From the NCBI RefSeq assembly GCF_001194135.2, contig NC_068988.1, positions 10,384,554 through 10,422,057 on the forward strand: a stretch of DNA of 37,504 nucleotides, given 5' to 3'. The notes beneath the pieces were generated by a model. The model had not been told where the DNA came from. It saw only the letters and a list, made by a program, of their open reading frames with translations, and did not search any database. Source of the DNA: Octopus bimaculoides (Eukaryota). The position numbers and the translations under genes were made by a program. This document shows, one piece after another, positions 36,601 to 37,504 of the stretch (its first letter is position 1; each line of letters starts with the position of its first letter).

Positions 36601-37451
36601 GTATATATATATATATATATACATACAAACATACATACATGTGTGTATTTGTTTGTGGCCACATTTGTGCATATGCATGAAAATGCAAGATTTCTACGCA
36701 CACGCGTTAAAAAGAGAAACTTACGCAAGCATAAAAAAGACTTCAGATATAAGCATTCTGTGTATCATTTAGGCAATTAGGTGAAATGACACCGTTACAT
36801 ATTTACTAGATAGCAACTTGTATCAAATGTTTCGAGATAACAACGGATATTATGTTTGCCATGACGCAGATGTTTGTAGTGTAAATAATTGTAAATAATT
36901 GCCCAAATATAAAAGGAATCCTTGACAGAAAAAGTTTCCTTATCAGGGGAAATATGTGTATAAAGAAGAATTAGCAGCAACATGATGTTCATATGCAGAA
37001 CAACACTATCAAATATTTAACACGAAAAATATGCTAGCATGGAGGTAGTTAAAATGCGAATGCATCGTAAAAGATGTAGGTAATGCTCGAGGGTACATGC
37101 ATAATAACCTAACTATCGCAAAGTTAAATGCGCTGCAGTGTTAAATGATAACGACGTAGATTATAAACAAAACGCATTTGATATTAGAAGTATGACACCG
37201 AAAACAATATTCCTTCATAACTGTTTTGAATACCAAAGTGGGTAAGAATGATATCGGTCTGTGAGATAAACTGCTCATGTGCCTCGTGATTACTATGAAG
37301 GTAGTTCATCGTATCATGTGGTATGCAAAATAAAACAAGACTTATGAGCCTTTCTCTTCTTTTCATAAAATTGTAACTTGACAAGGTGTACATGTGTATG
37401 CCAATTGCATATCAGACGCGCTGACATACATACATAAGTACATGTGTATAT

Positions 37452-37452
<1 letters not shown>

Positions 37453-37504
<52 letters not shown>
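37453..37504. repeat. (CA)n microsatellite at the window end
   Basis: Seen directly. Confidence 0.98.

Overview
AT-rich, microsatellite-saturated eukaryotic genomic DNA from a fragmented short-read assembly. It has 12 N-gaps (about 3.6 kb), most flanked by (AT)n/(CA)n/(GT)n. The recurring SINE bodies match, from memory and not from a search, the abundant repeats of octopod cephalopods, so an Octopus intronic or intergenic region is the most likely source. No intact, identifiable protein-coding gene, RNA gene, CRISPR array or prokaryote-type system is visible. Almost all long ORFs in the track are artefacts of N-runs or simple repeats. Well supported features: at least three SINE families (about 11 copies), the 3' end of an RTE-clade LINE with its C-terminal Cys/His motif, a decayed R4/Dong-type RLE-endonuclease retrotransposon ending in (AAT)n, a 16-bp minisatellite, a ~145-bp dispersed duplication and many SSRs. 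Tentative features: a Penelope-type terminal repeat with a hammerhead-like vestige, two tracts of frameshifted coding-like sequence (4.3-5.7 kb plus, 9.3-10.8 kb minus) and scattered short exon-like segments with consensus splice sites. I found no convincing new biological system; the findings below are leads of modest interest.
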